Assembly: GCA_020831825.1 (NCBI GenBank)
Contig: JAFIFW010000010.1
Location: 113,243-177,242 of the forward strand
DNA: 64,000 bases
Direction of reading: 5' to 3'
From: Methylophaga sp.
Lineage (GTDB): Bacteria > Pseudomonadota > Gammaproteobacteria > Nitrosococcales > Methylophagaceae
The notes beneath the pieces are model-generated. The model made no database searches. It saw nothing but the letters and a program-made list of their open reading frames with translations, and was not told the DNA's origin. The translations under genes and the position numbers were made by a program. Of the stretch, positions 23,620 to 34,138 are shown piece by piece (position 1 is the stretch's first letter; every line of letters starts with the position of its first letter).

Positions 23620-25770
23620 ATGCAATTCAATCTACGATTGATATCGCTTTTTATGGGACCGATTATTCTTGTCCTGATACCGCTGATTCTAGCGGGACTA
23701 TTGACTATGACCCAACTTCAAAATCGATTGGCTGACATTGAAAGTCAACAACTGCAGGCTCTTGAATCCTTAAAACATGTGGCCATATTTGGTCAGCAGT
23801 TTGGCCATTTACACGAGCGAATCCTTACCACCCTGCGAACCGCAACCGCCGGCGAATTATCATCACTCGCACTTTATCGCAGACACAGTGATCTGGTTAA
23901 CGAGCTAGCAACACTTGGCGAAGACCTCAACAATATTGCCAAGCTGGAGTTATTGGCAAGAGTCGAGAATGATCGAGTTGAAGCCTTGCTTGAGCACTAC
24001 ACCAATTATCAGCGGATGATGGTCATCGCAACCGAAATCGCTATCGTTGATCCCTCCACCGCTGAAACTAATCTCACCAGTGCACAGGACAGCTTTACTG
24101 CCTTTGCCATATTTACTCAAGAAATCGCTGAATTGCTGTCCTCGCAAATACATGCGCAAACGACGGATGCCTATAACGACTTTAATGCATTTTCACGATA
24201 TCTGATGATGTTTGTGCCATTGGCACTTTTGCTATTGCTGGCCTTTGCTTATTTGATATCTCAATGGCTGAACCGGCATATGTTAGTTATCACCCAGGGT
24301 CTGCTCGAATTGTCACAGGATGGCAAAAAGCTGCCAATGCTTGCTGATGTCAAAAAGCTGGCCAGGCAGAACAAAGGGCCATTACAGCAATTGGCGTCTG
24401 GGCTGCTTAACTTTCGAAGTGCACTGCAACAACGCAAACGTGCCGAAGAAAAAATATTTCAACTGGCCTACTTTGACAGTTTGACGGGGCTGTCCAACTG
24501 GCAATATCTGGCAAAACAACTCGCAGCAGCTATCAGCGAAAGTCAGCAACATCAGGACTTTTCCATTCTGATCACCATGGATCTTGATAATTTCAAGGTG
24601 ATTAATGACAGCCGCGGCCACAGTGCAGGCGACGCTATCCTGCAAGAGATTTCCGAGAGATTAAGAAACCTTGATCTTGAGCACTACCAGCTGGCACGCC
24701 TTGGTGGTGATGAATTTGCGCTGATGCTCACTCGAGTAGCCTCGACACAGCCTCAAGCAAGAATTAGAGCCGAGCAGTTGGCGCTGCAAATTTCAGAACT
24801 GGTGGCCAGACCTTGTGTGATTCATCACGACAATTTTTTCCTGTCCGCCAGCCTCGGCATTGTCATCTTTGGTGCAGATGAGAGCTTGAATACCGAAATG
24901 TTGTTTCGTTCGGCTGACGCGGCGATGAACAAAGCCAAGCAACTTGGCCGAAACACCTATTGTTTCCATGATCCTGAAATGCTAAATCAGCTTGAAGCCA
25001 ACGCACAAACCAGCATTGAACTGCGTAAAGCGCTCAATCAGGAACAAATCGTGGTGTTTTACCAGCTACAATTCGACAGTCAGGGCAAAGCAATTGGTGC
25101 CGAAGCACTGGTCCGCTGGCAGCACCCGGAAAAAGGCATTCTTTCGCCAGCCTTTTTTATCGAAATTGCAGAACACACCGGACTGATTGTTCCTCTTGGT
25201 CAACGAGTGCTACAACTATCCTGTGAACAACTGAGTCGCTGGCAGGCACAAGCAGAAACTAGTGAACTGACTTTATCCGTTAACGTGAGTCCAAAACAAT
25301 TTCAACAAGCAGACTTTGTGGACGATGTCAGACAATTACTGGTCGAATACAAGATCCCCCGGGGTCGTCTGAAAATGGAGCTGACCGAGTCAACCATTCT
25401 CGGTAACGTCCTCGAGACCGTGCAAAAAATGCATCAACTCCGAGCTCTGGGTGTCACTTTTTCGCTAGATGATTTTGGTACCGGCTATTCATCCCTGCAA
25501 TACCTGAAACAATTGCCGATTGATCAGATCAAAATCGATCAGAGCTTTGTGCGCGATATCACCCACGACCCTGATGACAAAGCCATCGTCAAAAGTATTA
25601 TCGCCATCGGTAACGCCCTGCAAATTCAGGTCATCGCCGAAGGTGTCGAAACTCAGCAGCATTTTGCGGTATTGCGTGACAACGCCTGTTTTGCCTATCA
25701 GGGCTATTATTTCTGTCGCCCAATGCCTATCGAAGATATCAACAGCGTACTAATGTCCAAGGCGGTGTAA
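23620..25770 (+). CDS. Membrane-anchored diguanylate cyclase/phosphodiesterase (GGDEF-EAL)
   Basis: Two TM segments flanking a helical periplasmic region; DSLTGL, RLGGDEF, EALVRW, DDFGTGYSSL. Confidence 0.92.
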   Translation: MQFNLRLISLFMGPIILVLIPLILAGLLTMTQLQNRLADIESQQLQALESLKHVAIFGQQFGHLHERILTTLRTATAGELSSLALYRRHSDLVNELATLGEDLNNIAKLELLARVENDRVEALLEHYTNYQRMMVIATEIAIVDPSTAETNLTSAQDSFTAFAIFTQEIAELLSSQIHAQTTDAYNDFNAFSRYLMMFVPLALLLLLAFAYLISQWLNRHMLVITQGLLELSQDGKKLPMLADVKKLARQNKGPLQQLASGLLNFRSALQQRKRAEEKIFQLAYFDSLTGLSNWQYLAKQLAAAISESQQHQDFSILITMDLDNFKVINDSRGHSAGDAILQEISERLRNLDLEHYQLARLGGDEFALMLTRVASTQPQARIRAEQLALQISELVARPCVIHHDNFFLSASLGIVIFGADESLNTEMLFRSADAAMNKAKQLGRNTYCFHDPEMLNQLEANAQTSIELRKALNQEQIVVFYQLQFDSQGKAIGAEALVRWQHPEKGILSPAFFIEIAEHTGLIVPLGQRVLQLSCEQLSRWQAQAETSELTLSVNVSPKQFQQADFVDDVRQLLVEYKIPRGRLKMELTESTILGNVLETVQKMHQLRALGVTFSLDDFGTGYSSLQYLKQLPIDQIKIDQSFVRDITHDPDDKAIVKSIIAIGNALQIQVIAEGVETQQHFAVLRDNACFAYQGYYFCRPMPIEDINSVLMSKAV

Positions 25771-25834
25771 CTGATTTAGCAAAAAAGCTCAAGATGGCAT
25801 TCACTGGCAATAAAGCATAGAATACCGCCTTCAA

Positions 25835-25949
25835 TGGTGGCCCGTGTTGGTCTCCCCGCGACGATATGTTGGTGACCCCGTCAGGCCCGGAAGGGAGCAG
25901 CGGAGCCTTCGGACTCGGGTGCCGGGATCAGGCTGGCATGGGTCCACCA
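25835..25949 (+). ncRNA. ffs: SRP 4.5S RNA
   Basis: Domain IV TCAGGCCCGGAAGGGAGCAGC; terminal stem TGGTGG/CCACCA; upstream of dnaX. Confidence 0.93.
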
Positions 25950-25984
25950 CCCAATATTTCTGATCCGGAGTGAAGCAGGCAAAG

Positions 25985-27721
25985 ATGAGTTATCTGGTGC
26001 TGGCTCGCAAATGGCGACCGAAAACTTTTGCTGAAGTCGTCGGACAGCAGCATGTGCTCCGTGCACTCGTTAATGGACTGGATCAAAACAGACTGCATCA
26101 TGCCTTTCTATTTGCCGGTACCCGCGGCGTCGGCAAAACAACACTTGCCCGAATTTTTGCCAAATCACTGAACTGTGAACAAGGCGTCAGCTCAACTCCC
26201 TGTGGTCAATGCCAAAGTTGTCTGGAAATCGACAGTGGTCGTTTTGTCGATCTGCTCGAAGTGGATGCGGCCTCCCGAACCAAGGTCGATGATACCCGTG
26301 AACTGCTCGACAACGTGCAATACGCGCCCAGTCGGGGCCGTTACAAGGTCTACCTGATCGACGAAGTACACATGCTGTCTACCAGCAGCTTCAATGCCCT
26401 GTTGAAAACACTTGAAGAGCCGCCTCCGCATGTAAAGTTTCTGTTCGCAACAACCGATCCGCAAAAATTACCGGTCACGATTCTGTCGCGCTGTCTGCAA
26501 TTCAATCTGCGTCGGCTGGAAGTGGATCAAATTGCCGATCATCTTGCCTATATCCTGCAGCAGGAACAGATTGCATTCGAAGCTGAGGCCCTGCGTGCAC
26601 TGGCTCAGGCAGCCGATGGCAGCATGCGCGATGCACTGAGTTTGTTAGATCAGGCGATTGCCTTTGCCGGTGGCACGGTCAGCAGCGAAATTGTTCATCA
26701 AATGCTCGGCAGTATCTCCAGTGAACATCTCGATAATCTGCTAATTGCACTGATAGAGCAAGATGGTGAGTCGTTACTGCAACAAATCAACGAACTGGCT
26801 GCACTGGGCCGAGACTTCAATACTGTGCTTGATATGTTGCTGATGGCATTGCAGCAAATCGCTACCTTGCAGATGATTCCCGACAGTTCTGCAAGTAATG
26901 ACAGAACCCTTTCATTACAATCATTGGCACAACAATTCAGCCCTGAAAATGTTCAGCTGCTCTATCAAATTGCATTGCATGGCAAACGTGATTTGCCATA
27001 CGCGGCATCCGCAAGAAGCGGCTTCGAAATGACATTGCTACGGATGCTCAGTTTTCAGCCGATGCAAATTCAATTACCTGATCGGGAGGTGCCGCTAAAA
27101 AAGTCGCAACCTACTGAATCAAAGGTGCCATCAGCGGCACCGGTGGATTTGCGTCAGCCAGAACCGCGATCATATGAAACAACAACTCAGTTGCCCGATG
27201 AGTCCGCCGAACCACTCACAGAGCCAGCCATCACTGCAGATGAACCACAGACACAAGCCAGTTCAGACAATCAAACAGCCGAGCCAGTCAGCCCCGTTGT
27301 CGAACCCGCGCAGCCACAACTAAGTCTGTCCGCTGACAACTGGACAAGCCTTGTCAGCCAACTCAGATTGTCGGCCATTAGTCGTCAACTAGCAGATAAC
27401 TGTGCACTGGTGCGCATCGATGGTCAGCGAATTGAGCTTTCACTGGCGCCTGAACTGGCGCATTTGGCCACCGATAAAGCCCGCCAACGTCTGCAATTGG
27501 CGGTGAGTAATCAACTTGATCAAACAGTTGAAATTATCTTTATCGACCCTGCAGATACTCCACAGGCCTCGCCGACACTGGCCATCGAACGTGCAGAGCA
27601 TGAGTCATCCCGGCAACAGCAGGCACTGCAATCCATTCATAACGATCCGGTCGTTGGCATGATCAAAAAAGTCTTTAATGCCCGTATAATCGAAAGCACA
27701 ATCAAACCTTTAAATCACTGA
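25985..27721 (+). CDS. dnaX: DNA polymerase III tau/gamma
   Basis: [30 protein letters not shown]. Confidence 0.97.
   Translation: MSYLVLARKWRPKTFAEVVGQQHVLRALVNGLDQNRLHHAFLFAGTRGVGKTTLARIFAKSLNCEQGVSSTPCGQCQSCLEIDSGRFVDLLEVDAASRTKVDDTRELLDNVQYAPSRGRYKVYLIDEVHMLSTSSFNALLKTLEEPPPHVKFLFATTDPQKLPVTILSRCLQFNLRRLEVDQIADHLAYILQQEQIAFEAEALRALAQAADGSMRDALSLLDQAIAFAGGTVSSEIVHQMLGSISSEHLDNLLIALIEQDGESLLQQINELAALGRDFNTVLDMLLMALQQIATLQMIPDSSASNDRTLSLQSLAQQFSPENVQLLYQIALHGKRDLPYAASARSGFEMTLLRMLSFQPMQIQLPDREVPLKKSQPTESKVPSAAPVDLRQPEPRSYETTTQLPDESAEPLTEPAITADEPQTQASSDNQTAEPVSPVVEPAQPQLSLSADNWTSLVSQLRLSAISRQLADNCALVRIDGQRIELSLAPELAHLATDKARQRLQLAVSNQLDQTVEIIFIDPADTPQASPTLAIERAEHESSRQQQALQSIHNDPVVGMIKKVFNARIIESTIKPLNH
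27084..27153 (+). promoter_or_regulatory. dnaX -1 programmed ribosomal frameshift signal
   Basis: SD-like GGGAGG at 27084, in-frame A_AAA_AAG at 27097-27103, -1 frame TGA at 27115-27117, hairpin GGTGCC/GGCACC at 27124-27141. Confidence 0.75.
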
Positions 27722-27731
27722 GAGGCCCGAA

Positions 27732-28040
27732 ATGAAAGGCGGTTTAGGTAATCTGATGAAACAGGCCCAGCAGATGCAGGCCAATATGGAAAAAGCCCAA
27801 CAAGAGTTGGCAAATATTGAGGTGACAGGTCAAGCCGGTGGCGGCATGGTGCAAATCATCATGACCGGCAAGCACGATGTGAAACGCGTCAACATCGAAC
27901 ATACTCTGTTTGAAGACGACAAGGAAATGCTGGAAGATCTGATCGCCGCCGCGGTCAATGACGCTGTGCGTCAGGTCGAGAAAACCACTCAGGAACGCAT
28001 GTCGTCGATGCTGCCCCCTGGCATGAAAATGCCTTTCTGA
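27732..28040 (+). CDS. ybaB: YbaB/EbfC nucleoid-associated protein
   Basis: [28 protein letters not shown]. Confidence 0.95.
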   Translation: MKGGLGNLMKQAQQMQANMEKAQQELANIEVTGQAGGGMVQIIMTGKHDVKRVNIEHTLFEDDKEMLEDLIAAAVNDAVRQVEKTTQERMSSMLPPGMKMPF

Positions 28041-28050
28041 AGACTAGATA

Positions 28051-28650
28051 ATGGCAAGTTTAGGTCGCAGCATTGATGAGCTGATGCAGGCACTGCGTTG
28101 TTTACCGGGTGTCGGGCCAAAATCTGCCCAGCGCATGACATTTCATCTACTCGACAAACAACGTGATGGTGCTCAACGCTTGCTTGATGCCCTGGCTCAG
28201 GCGCTCGAAAAGGTTCAGCCTTGCCAGCGCTGCCAGATTTTGAGCGAACAAACATTATGTGAGCGTTGCAGCGATCCGCAGCGCAGGCAAGATCAGTTGT
28301 GTATCGTTGAAATGCCCAGTGATGTGATTGCCATTGAGCAGGCAACTCATTATCAGGGACAATTCTTTGTACTGTCCGGCCACCTGTCGCCATTGGATGG
28401 AATCGGACCAGAAGCACTGGGCATTCCTAAATTATTAACCTGGCTCGATTCAGGACAGCTGGAAGAAGTGATTCTGGCCACCAATCCAACGGTTGAAGGA
28501 GAAGCGACAGCGCACTACATTAGCGAATTGGTCAGGGCAAGACAAATCAAAGTGACACGTCTGGCACATGGTATTCCACTGGGTGGTGAGCTTGAGTATG
28601 TTGACAGTGGTACACTTTCTCATGCATTTTCAGGTCGTGAGTCAATCTGA
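28051..28650 (+). CDS. recR: Recombination mediator RecR
   Basis: [12 protein letters not shown]4 zinc finger, [12 protein letters not shown]. Confidence 0.97.
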   Translation: MASLGRSIDELMQALRCLPGVGPKSAQRMTFHLLDKQRDGAQRLLDALAQALEKVQPCQRCQILSEQTLCERCSDPQRRQDQLCIVEMPSDVIAIEQATHYQGQFFVLSGHLSPLDGIGPEALGIPKLLTWLDSGQLEEVILATNPTVEGEATAHYISELVRARQIKVTRLAHGIPLGGELEYVDSGTLSHAFSGRESI

Positions 28651-28682
28651 TCTGTACATCGTCAACCGGGAATCATGCACAG

Positions 28683-29861
28683 ATGGCCGATACAACCAAT
28701 GCATTTGAATTACTGAAAAGCCACAGTGGACTGATCCACCGGCAACCAATGTTCAAAGCTGATCAGCTTCAAGTCGATGGCTATCATCTGACTTTTCTGG
28801 ATATTCATGGTCAGGCACTTGATGACGATATCGAGGTTCCAGATTTTATCTCCAGACTGCCGCGCCTGCTGGTTGAGCTCAATCACTCGGAAAAAGCCTT
28901 GCTCACACTGCCTGAGACCTGGCAAAACGCCCTGTTGCAGCAGGATATGAATGGTATTGATTTAACCATTGATATTCACGGCAATCCCAAACCGGAAAAT
29001 CATCACCCCCGCTACAAATTTGCTGATCGGGCAGCATTGGAGCGTGAACCCGATACCCAGACACTGCTGGTGGACCTGAACGGTTTCGCGATGGATAAGC
29101 TGCTCCAGCTCATCCCGCATTGGCGGCTTCACCACAAAATTTTGTGTGCGCTGAATGTCAACGCTACCGAGCAGTTTTCACTCTGCAAACAACAGTTTGA
29201 TTTGTTGCAGGGCTTGTTTTATACCCTGCCTGTCATCCGTGACAACCATGTGCTATCACCCTCTACAGAAATCATGATGGATCTTCTGGTCAACCTCCAG
29301 GATCCCGATGTTGAGGTGGAAATACTCGCAGACATCATCAATCGTGACGTCACCTTGAGTTATAAACTGCTCAAATTGATTAACTCTGCATTTTTTGGTC
29401 TGCCTAGACAGGTTGAAAGCACCAAACAGGCAATCGTCATGCTCGGTCAAAACCAGGTTAAAACCTGGGCGAGTTTACTTTGTATGGCTGGGTTGGATGA
29501 CAAACCCAATGAACTGAGAATCGTTGCCATGCAGCGGGCCAGAATGTGTGAGCTTTTGGCAAAATATTACAAGGGCCACGCCGATGTGTTTTTCACCGCC
29601 GGACTATTTTCAACGCTGGATGCCCTGCTCGACAAACCTCTGGCCGATATCCTGCAAAACCTGCCTTTGACCGATGAACTGAAAGCAGGCATTGTGAATG
29701 GCGAAGGCTCGATTGGTCGTGCGCTGGCGGATGTATTGCACTACGAACGTGGCAACTGGAATGCGGTCAGCCAATCACCAATACCTGCTGAGTTGCTGAT
29801 GCGTATTTATCTTGAGGCAATACACTGGGCCAAAGAGCTGAATCAGCAACTCAACGATTGA
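28683..29861 (+). CDS. Degenerate EAL-like + HDOD domain protein
   Basis: N-terminal RQPMF..LLQGLFY; HDOD DVTLSYKLLKLINS, RARMCELLA, FTAGLFS. Confidence 0.8.
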   Translation: MADTTNAFELLKSHSGLIHRQPMFKADQLQVDGYHLTFLDIHGQALDDDIEVPDFISRLPRLLVELNHSEKALLTLPETWQNALLQQDMNGIDLTIDIHGNPKPENHHPRYKFADRAALEREPDTQTLLVDLNGFAMDKLLQLIPHWRLHHKILCALNVNATEQFSLCKQQFDLLQGLFYTLPVIRDNHVLSPSTEIMMDLLVNLQDPDVEVEILADIINRDVTLSYKLLKLINSAFFGLPRQVESTKQAIVMLGQNQVKTWASLLCMAGLDDKPNELRIVAMQRARMCELLAKYYKGHADVFFTAGLFSTLDALLDKPLADILQNLPLTDELKAGIVNGEGSIGRALADVLHYERGNWNAVSQSPIPAELLMRIYLEAIHWAKELNQQLND

Positions 29862-29864
29862 TCC

Positions 29865-30584
29865 ATGGCAATCACCTGGCTTGATACTCAAGCAGATACC
29901 GCATTTCCGCCATTGGAGCATGCCACTGAACACGGCTTGCTGGCCGCAGGCGGTGACTTGTCTCCCACCCGACTGATCACCGCATACCAATCAGGTATCT
30001 TTCCGTGGTTCAATCGCCAGGATCCATTGCTTTGGTGGTGCCCTGATCCGCGCATGGTGCTTTATACCGATCAAATTAATATCAGTAAAAGTCTGCGCAA
30101 AACTATCCGCCAGAGACGCTTCGAATTGAGCCTGAATCAAGCCTTTACCGAAGTGATGCAGGCATGTGCCGAACCACGTAGTGAAGCTAAAGATGACCCT
30201 GGCACCTGGATTCATGACTCAATGATTGCCGCCTATCAGGAATTACACCAGCGAGGTTATGCGCACAGTATCGAATGCTGGCAATCAGGAAAACTGGTGG
30301 GTGGCCTTTATGGTGTTGCCATCGGTAGAGTGTTTTTTGGTGAATCCATGTTTAGTTTTGAGCGCAATGCCTCCAAGGTAGCCCTGTCAGCACTGTGCGC
30401 CCAACTGCTACGCTGGGGCTTTCCAATGATTGATTGCCAGATCTACTCAGCGCATCTGCACCGCATGGGGGCCGAGAACATTCCCCGGCAAGTATTTGTC
30501 AATCAACTGGCAGCACTCACAAAGTTACAGGGTCCGACACAGTGGTTGCTGGACGCAGACATCTCAGACTCGGTTTATCTTTAA
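29865..30584 (+). CDS. aat: Leu/Phe-tRNA--protein transferase
   Basis: GLLAAGGDL, GIFPW, WWCPDPR, FFGESMFS, IDCQ. Confidence 0.96.
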   Translation: MAITWLDTQADTAFPPLEHATEHGLLAAGGDLSPTRLITAYQSGIFPWFNRQDPLLWWCPDPRMVLYTDQINISKSLRKTIRQRRFELSLNQAFTEVMQACAEPRSEAKDDPGTWIHDSMIAAYQELHQRGYAHSIECWQSGKLVGGLYGVAIGRVFFGESMFSFERNASKVALSALCAQLLRWGFPMIDCQIYSAHLHRMGAENIPRQVFVNQLAALTKLQGPTQWLLDADISDSVYL

Positions 30585-30705
30585 CGGACATCACACAAAC
30601 TTGAAAAATGTAAGTAAAGTGCGATGCATAACGCTTGGATAGCCTTATTAAAACTCCATCGTCATCACCGAGGGATACCGATGCACGATCAAAGCTTCTA
30701 AATAT

Positions 30706-31407
30706 ATGAGTCTCGATTTTTACCAGGATCGGCCACATCCCTGCTCCTATCTGGAAGATCGTCTTGCACGAAATATATTTCCTGACCCCGGCAAGCCGGT
30801 TTCCAACGCACTATACAGTCAGCTGATTCAGTATGGTTTCAGACGTAGTGGTGATCATGTCTATCGCCCTCACTGCCCGGCCTGTCAGGCCTGTGTTCCG
30901 GTCAGGATTGATTTGAACGCTTTTCAGGCGAATCGTAATCAACGCAGATGCTTAAATCGCAATGTAGATATTACGGTACATATCCGGCCAGCGGCGTTCA
31001 ACGAGGAACACTTCGAGCTCTATCAGCGTTATCAGAATATTCGACACCCAGGTGCGGGCATGGATAACCCTACCCAGCAGTCATATCGCCAATTTCTCAC
31101 CAGTCATTGGAGCGACACTGCTTTTGTTGAATTCAGATTGAAAGATCAGCTGGTAGCGGTAGCGGTCACTGACTTTGTTGCTGATGCAGCTTCAGCCTTC
31201 TATACCTTCTATGACCCGGAAATGTCCAAACGCAGTCTGGGTACGCTGGCCATTCTCAAACAGATTGAGCTGGCTAGACTTCAAAAATTGTCATGGCTGT
31301 ATCTAGGCTACTGGATTGAAGCCAGCAGTAAAATGCGCTACAAAAACAACTTTTCCGGATTGCAGTATCTTCAAGGACAATGGCAGTCGGCCGATAAAAA
31401 ATTTTGA
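30706..31407 (+). CDS. bpt: Bpt/ATE-like aminoacyl-tRNA--protein transferase
   Basis: HPCSYL, GFRRSG..YRPHC..C.AC, YTFYDP, YLGYWI. Confidence 0.88.
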   Translation: MSLDFYQDRPHPCSYLEDRLARNIFPDPGKPVSNALYSQLIQYGFRRSGDHVYRPHCPACQACVPVRIDLNAFQANRNQRRCLNRNVDITVHIRPAAFNEEHFELYQRYQNIRHPGAGMDNPTQQSYRQFLTSHWSDTAFVEFRLKDQLVAVAVTDFVADAASAFYTFYDPEMSKRSLGTLAILKQIELARLQKLSWLYLGYWIEASSKMRYKNNFSGLQYLQGQWQSADKKF

Positions 31408-31467
31408 ACAATCAATCCTTTTACGGCAAAATGAGTGTTTTTTTCCAACTGCGAATATTTAACCTAA

Positions 31468-31686
31468 ATGGCCAAAGAAGATCATATTGAATTTGAAGGC
31501 ACTGTCATTGATACCATGCCCAATACAACCTTCCGTGTTGAGCTGGAAAACGGTCATGTTGTGACTGCGCATATCTCCGGAAAAATGCGCAAAAACTACA
31601 TCCGTATTCTGACAGGTGACAAAGTCACCGTTCAGTTAACGCCTTATGACCTGAGCAAAGGTCGCATCGTTTACCGCGCACGCTGA
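31468..31686 (+). CDS. infA: Translation initiation factor IF-1
   Basis: [28 protein letters not shown]. Confidence 0.98.
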   Translation: MAKEDHIEFEGTVIDTMPNTTFRVELENGHVVTAHISGKMRKNYIRILTGDKVTVQLTPYDLSKGRIVYRAR

Positions 31687-31733
31687 TACTGCCCGCCTCT
31701 GCTGGCCAAATCGGCCAGCTTCACCGTCTTGCC

Positions 31734-32264
31734 CTAAAACCGATCAGAAAACATGTTCTGAGGACGTGATTTACTCAGCAATCGGTTCAGCCCCAGTAAC
31801 GCCAGTACCACAAATGCAATCAGTGTCCATGCTGGAATCGACAAGCCCAGCAGAGACCAGTCCACTTCAGCGCACTCACCCGAGCCTCGAAATACCAGCT
31901 CAATGGTTCGACTAATCGGGAAGTTGTCCAGCATGAAGTTTAAACCTGGTCCACAGCTCGGCACTTGCTCTGGTGGCAGATTCTGTAGCCAGACATGACG
32001 GCCAGATATTCCGGCGCCGATCATGGCCGAAATCACTATCAAACCACCATAGATTCGATTACCCAGACCACGTGGATTGTGCAGAAATGCCAGCAGAAAG
32101 AGGCCACCAATCACCATCACCATCACCCGCTGCAGAATACACAGGGGACAAGGTTCGAGCAGCAATATATGCTGAAAATATGCAGCACCCAACAGCAGCG
32201 CGATGCAAATCAACAACCCTGCCAGGTAAATACGGCGAGAACTCAGCAAAATGGTTTCCTCCAA
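31734..32264 (-). CDS. dsbB: Disulfide bond formation protein B
   Basis: PCPLCILQR, second Cys pair (SCG..GEC), four TMs. Confidence 0.93.
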   Translation of the reverse strand: MEETILLSSRRIYLAGLLICIALLLGAAYFQHILLLEPCPLCILQRVMVMVIGGLFLLAFLHNPRGLGNRIYGGLIVISAMIGAGISGRHVWLQNLPPEQVPSCGPGLNFMLDNFPISRTIELVFRGSGECAEVDWSLLGLSIPAWTLIAFVVLALLGLNRLLSKSRPQNMFSDRF

Positions 32265-32320
32265 AATCAGCTTTTGTGCTAAGTTAACTTAAAACACTTG
32301 CTACATAAAGGGATAATCTG

Positions 32321-32839
32321 ATGAACCAGGAAGAATTGGAAAAAAAACTCAGTGACGCCTACGACAAGATGATGGAACGTGTCCATCAACTGCTCGATAC
32401 TGCTGAGCAGCAAGCGCTGCCCACTTTGCAGAAAAATATTGAAAAAGCCAAACAACAGGCGATAGAGCTTCAGGAAGTCACCGCCGAAGAAGCCGAAAAG
32501 ATAGCTGGCTATATCGAACGCGACCTTCATGAAGCCGCTAGCTATCTGCAACAAACCGGTCAAGAGTTTACTAGCTGGCTCAACTTTGACTTGCAAATGG
32601 TCGAGCAGAGACTGCTGGATTTATTTGCCAACGTTGCCGACAAAACCCGTCTCGAAATGGATCGCCTGTCTGCACAGGCCCAGATTTATCAGACATACCA
32701 TACCGGCGAAATCAGCACCATTGGTACACTGCTGTGTGACAACTGTGGCAATGAAATCCATTTTAAAAAAACCGGACGCATTCCCCCCTGTGGCAAGTGC
32801 CATCACACTTCCTTCAAACGACGATTTCCAAACACTTAG
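32321..32839 (+). CDS. Zinc-ribbon-containing protein (DUF1451-like)
   Basis: Helical N-terminus, ADKT.LE, YHTGE..GTLLCDNCG..IPPCGKC. Confidence 0.8.
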   Translation: MNQEELEKKLSDAYDKMMERVHQLLDTAEQQALPTLQKNIEKAKQQAIELQEVTAEEAEKIAGYIERDLHEAASYLQQTGQEFTSWLNFDLQMVEQRLLDLFANVADKTRLEMDRLSAQAQIYQTYHTGEISTIGTLLCDNCGNEIHFKKTGRIPPCGKCHHTSFKRRFPNT

Positions 32840-32845
32840 CGTCAG

Positions 32846-34003
32846 TTATTTCCAGGCAAATAAGCCTGCCTGGATCAGGATTTCCATAGATGCCCTGCCC
32901 TCTGCTGATCTGCAAATGTGTTGATACAGATCAAACTCAATAACGGACATCGCCAACACTGAAGCCAACATCTCCTGTGCTTGCAGCGGCAAATGATAAG
33001 CCTCACCAGCGATATACAGTTGGATCTCGTCACTGACGATATGCCAGAGCGCCCTGAGATAGGGATTTCGCCGTAATTGCTGATCGGGACTCGCCGAAGC
33101 TGAACCCTGACCCTCCTCCGTCAACCAGTTTTGTGCATGCACTTCAAGTACCGCCTTTGGCCTGGTAAGCAAGCGGCACACCGCTGTTGAGAAGAGTTCA
33201 GACTGACTGTCCAGCTTCGCCTGAAAAAACGCTTTTATAGCCGTGATATCGTGGTCAGACATTGCAAACCGTTGCTGGCTAAGTGGTCGTGAAGCATCCA
33301 TGTAGTGCTGACTCACTCCTTCACGCTGATACATTTCCTCCAGCATTGCATCCATGATCTCGAGCTCATCAGGAGAGCGAAAGCCCACAGAGAACGTCAT
33401 GCAGTCATCCATCGCAATGCCATGATGTGCATAATGCGGAGGTAAATACAGCATGTCACCCGGCTCAAGTATCCATCGCTCACTGACCTCAAAATCGGCA
33501 ATGACTTTCAGATCACTTCCCGCCAGGCAATCAACATCGGGCATCGCTTCAGCGCTGATTGACCATTCGCGATGCCCCATCGCCTGCAGCAAAAACACAT
33601 CATAACTGTCGGTATGTGGTCCCACTGAGCCACCCTTAACCGCAAAACTCACCATCAGATCATCTAGTCGCCAATCGGGTACAAAATCAAAATAATCAAG
33701 AATTCCAGCCAATGCCGGCATGTGCTTATCCATGTCCTGCACCAGCAGTGTCCAGTCATTATCGGGTAAGGCGGCAAATTCACCTTCATCAAAAGGGCCT
33801 TGCTGCAAAGACCAGCTGTGTGGTGGTTGAAAGCGGATCAACCTTGATTCCACATCCTCTTCACAGGCAAACCCGGCCAACTCATCCGCGCTGATGGGAG
33901 ACTGAAAACGCTTAAATGCCTGCCTGAACAGCAAAGGCTTTTGTTGCCAGTAATTTTGTAAAAATTGCTCTGCGGTGAGTCCACTATTAAAAAAATCTGT
34001 CAT
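32846..34003 (-). CDS. roxA: JmjC/cupin ribosomal protein L16 Arg hydroxylase (YcfD/RoxA family)
   Basis: YWQQKPL, WRLDDLMVS, GPHTDSYDVFLLQ, PGDMLYLPP..AHHG. Confidence 0.85.
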   Translation of the reverse strand: MTDFFNSGLTAEQFLQNYWQQKPLLFRQAFKRFQSPISADELAGFACEEDVESRLIRFQPPHSWSLQQGPFDEGEFAALPDNDWTLLVQDMDKHMPALAGILDYFDFVPDWRLDDLMVSFAVKGGSVGPHTDSYDVFLLQAMGHREWSISAEAMPDVDCLAGSDLKVIADFEVSERWILEPGDMLYLPPHYAHHGIAMDDCMTFSVGFRSPDELEIMDAMLEEMYQREGVSQHYMDASRPLSQQRFAMSDHDITAIKAFFQAKLDSQSELFSTAVCRLLTRPKAVLEVHAQNWLTEEGQGSASASPDQQLRRNPYLRALWHIVSDEIQLYIAGEAYHLPLQAQEMLASVLAMSVIEFDLYQHICRSAEGRASMEILIQAGLFAWK

Positions 34004-34138
34004 GAATAATTGCTTTTCTGATGAATTGATACGGTCCAGATAAACGGCAGATCCCAACTCGCCGGAGAAAACTTGGACATTTTTTTGCTCACATTGGACA
34101 ATAGCTTTATGACAACTGCGACAGGCGATACGAAACTG

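Noticed and set aside
28667-28693. Sigma-28 -10-like GCCGATAC at the HDOD gene
   Set aside because: Lies inside the coding start and has no TAAA -35
30600-30630. Sigma-32 promoter before bpt (CTTGAAA)
   Set aside because: No CCCCAT-like -10 at the right spacing
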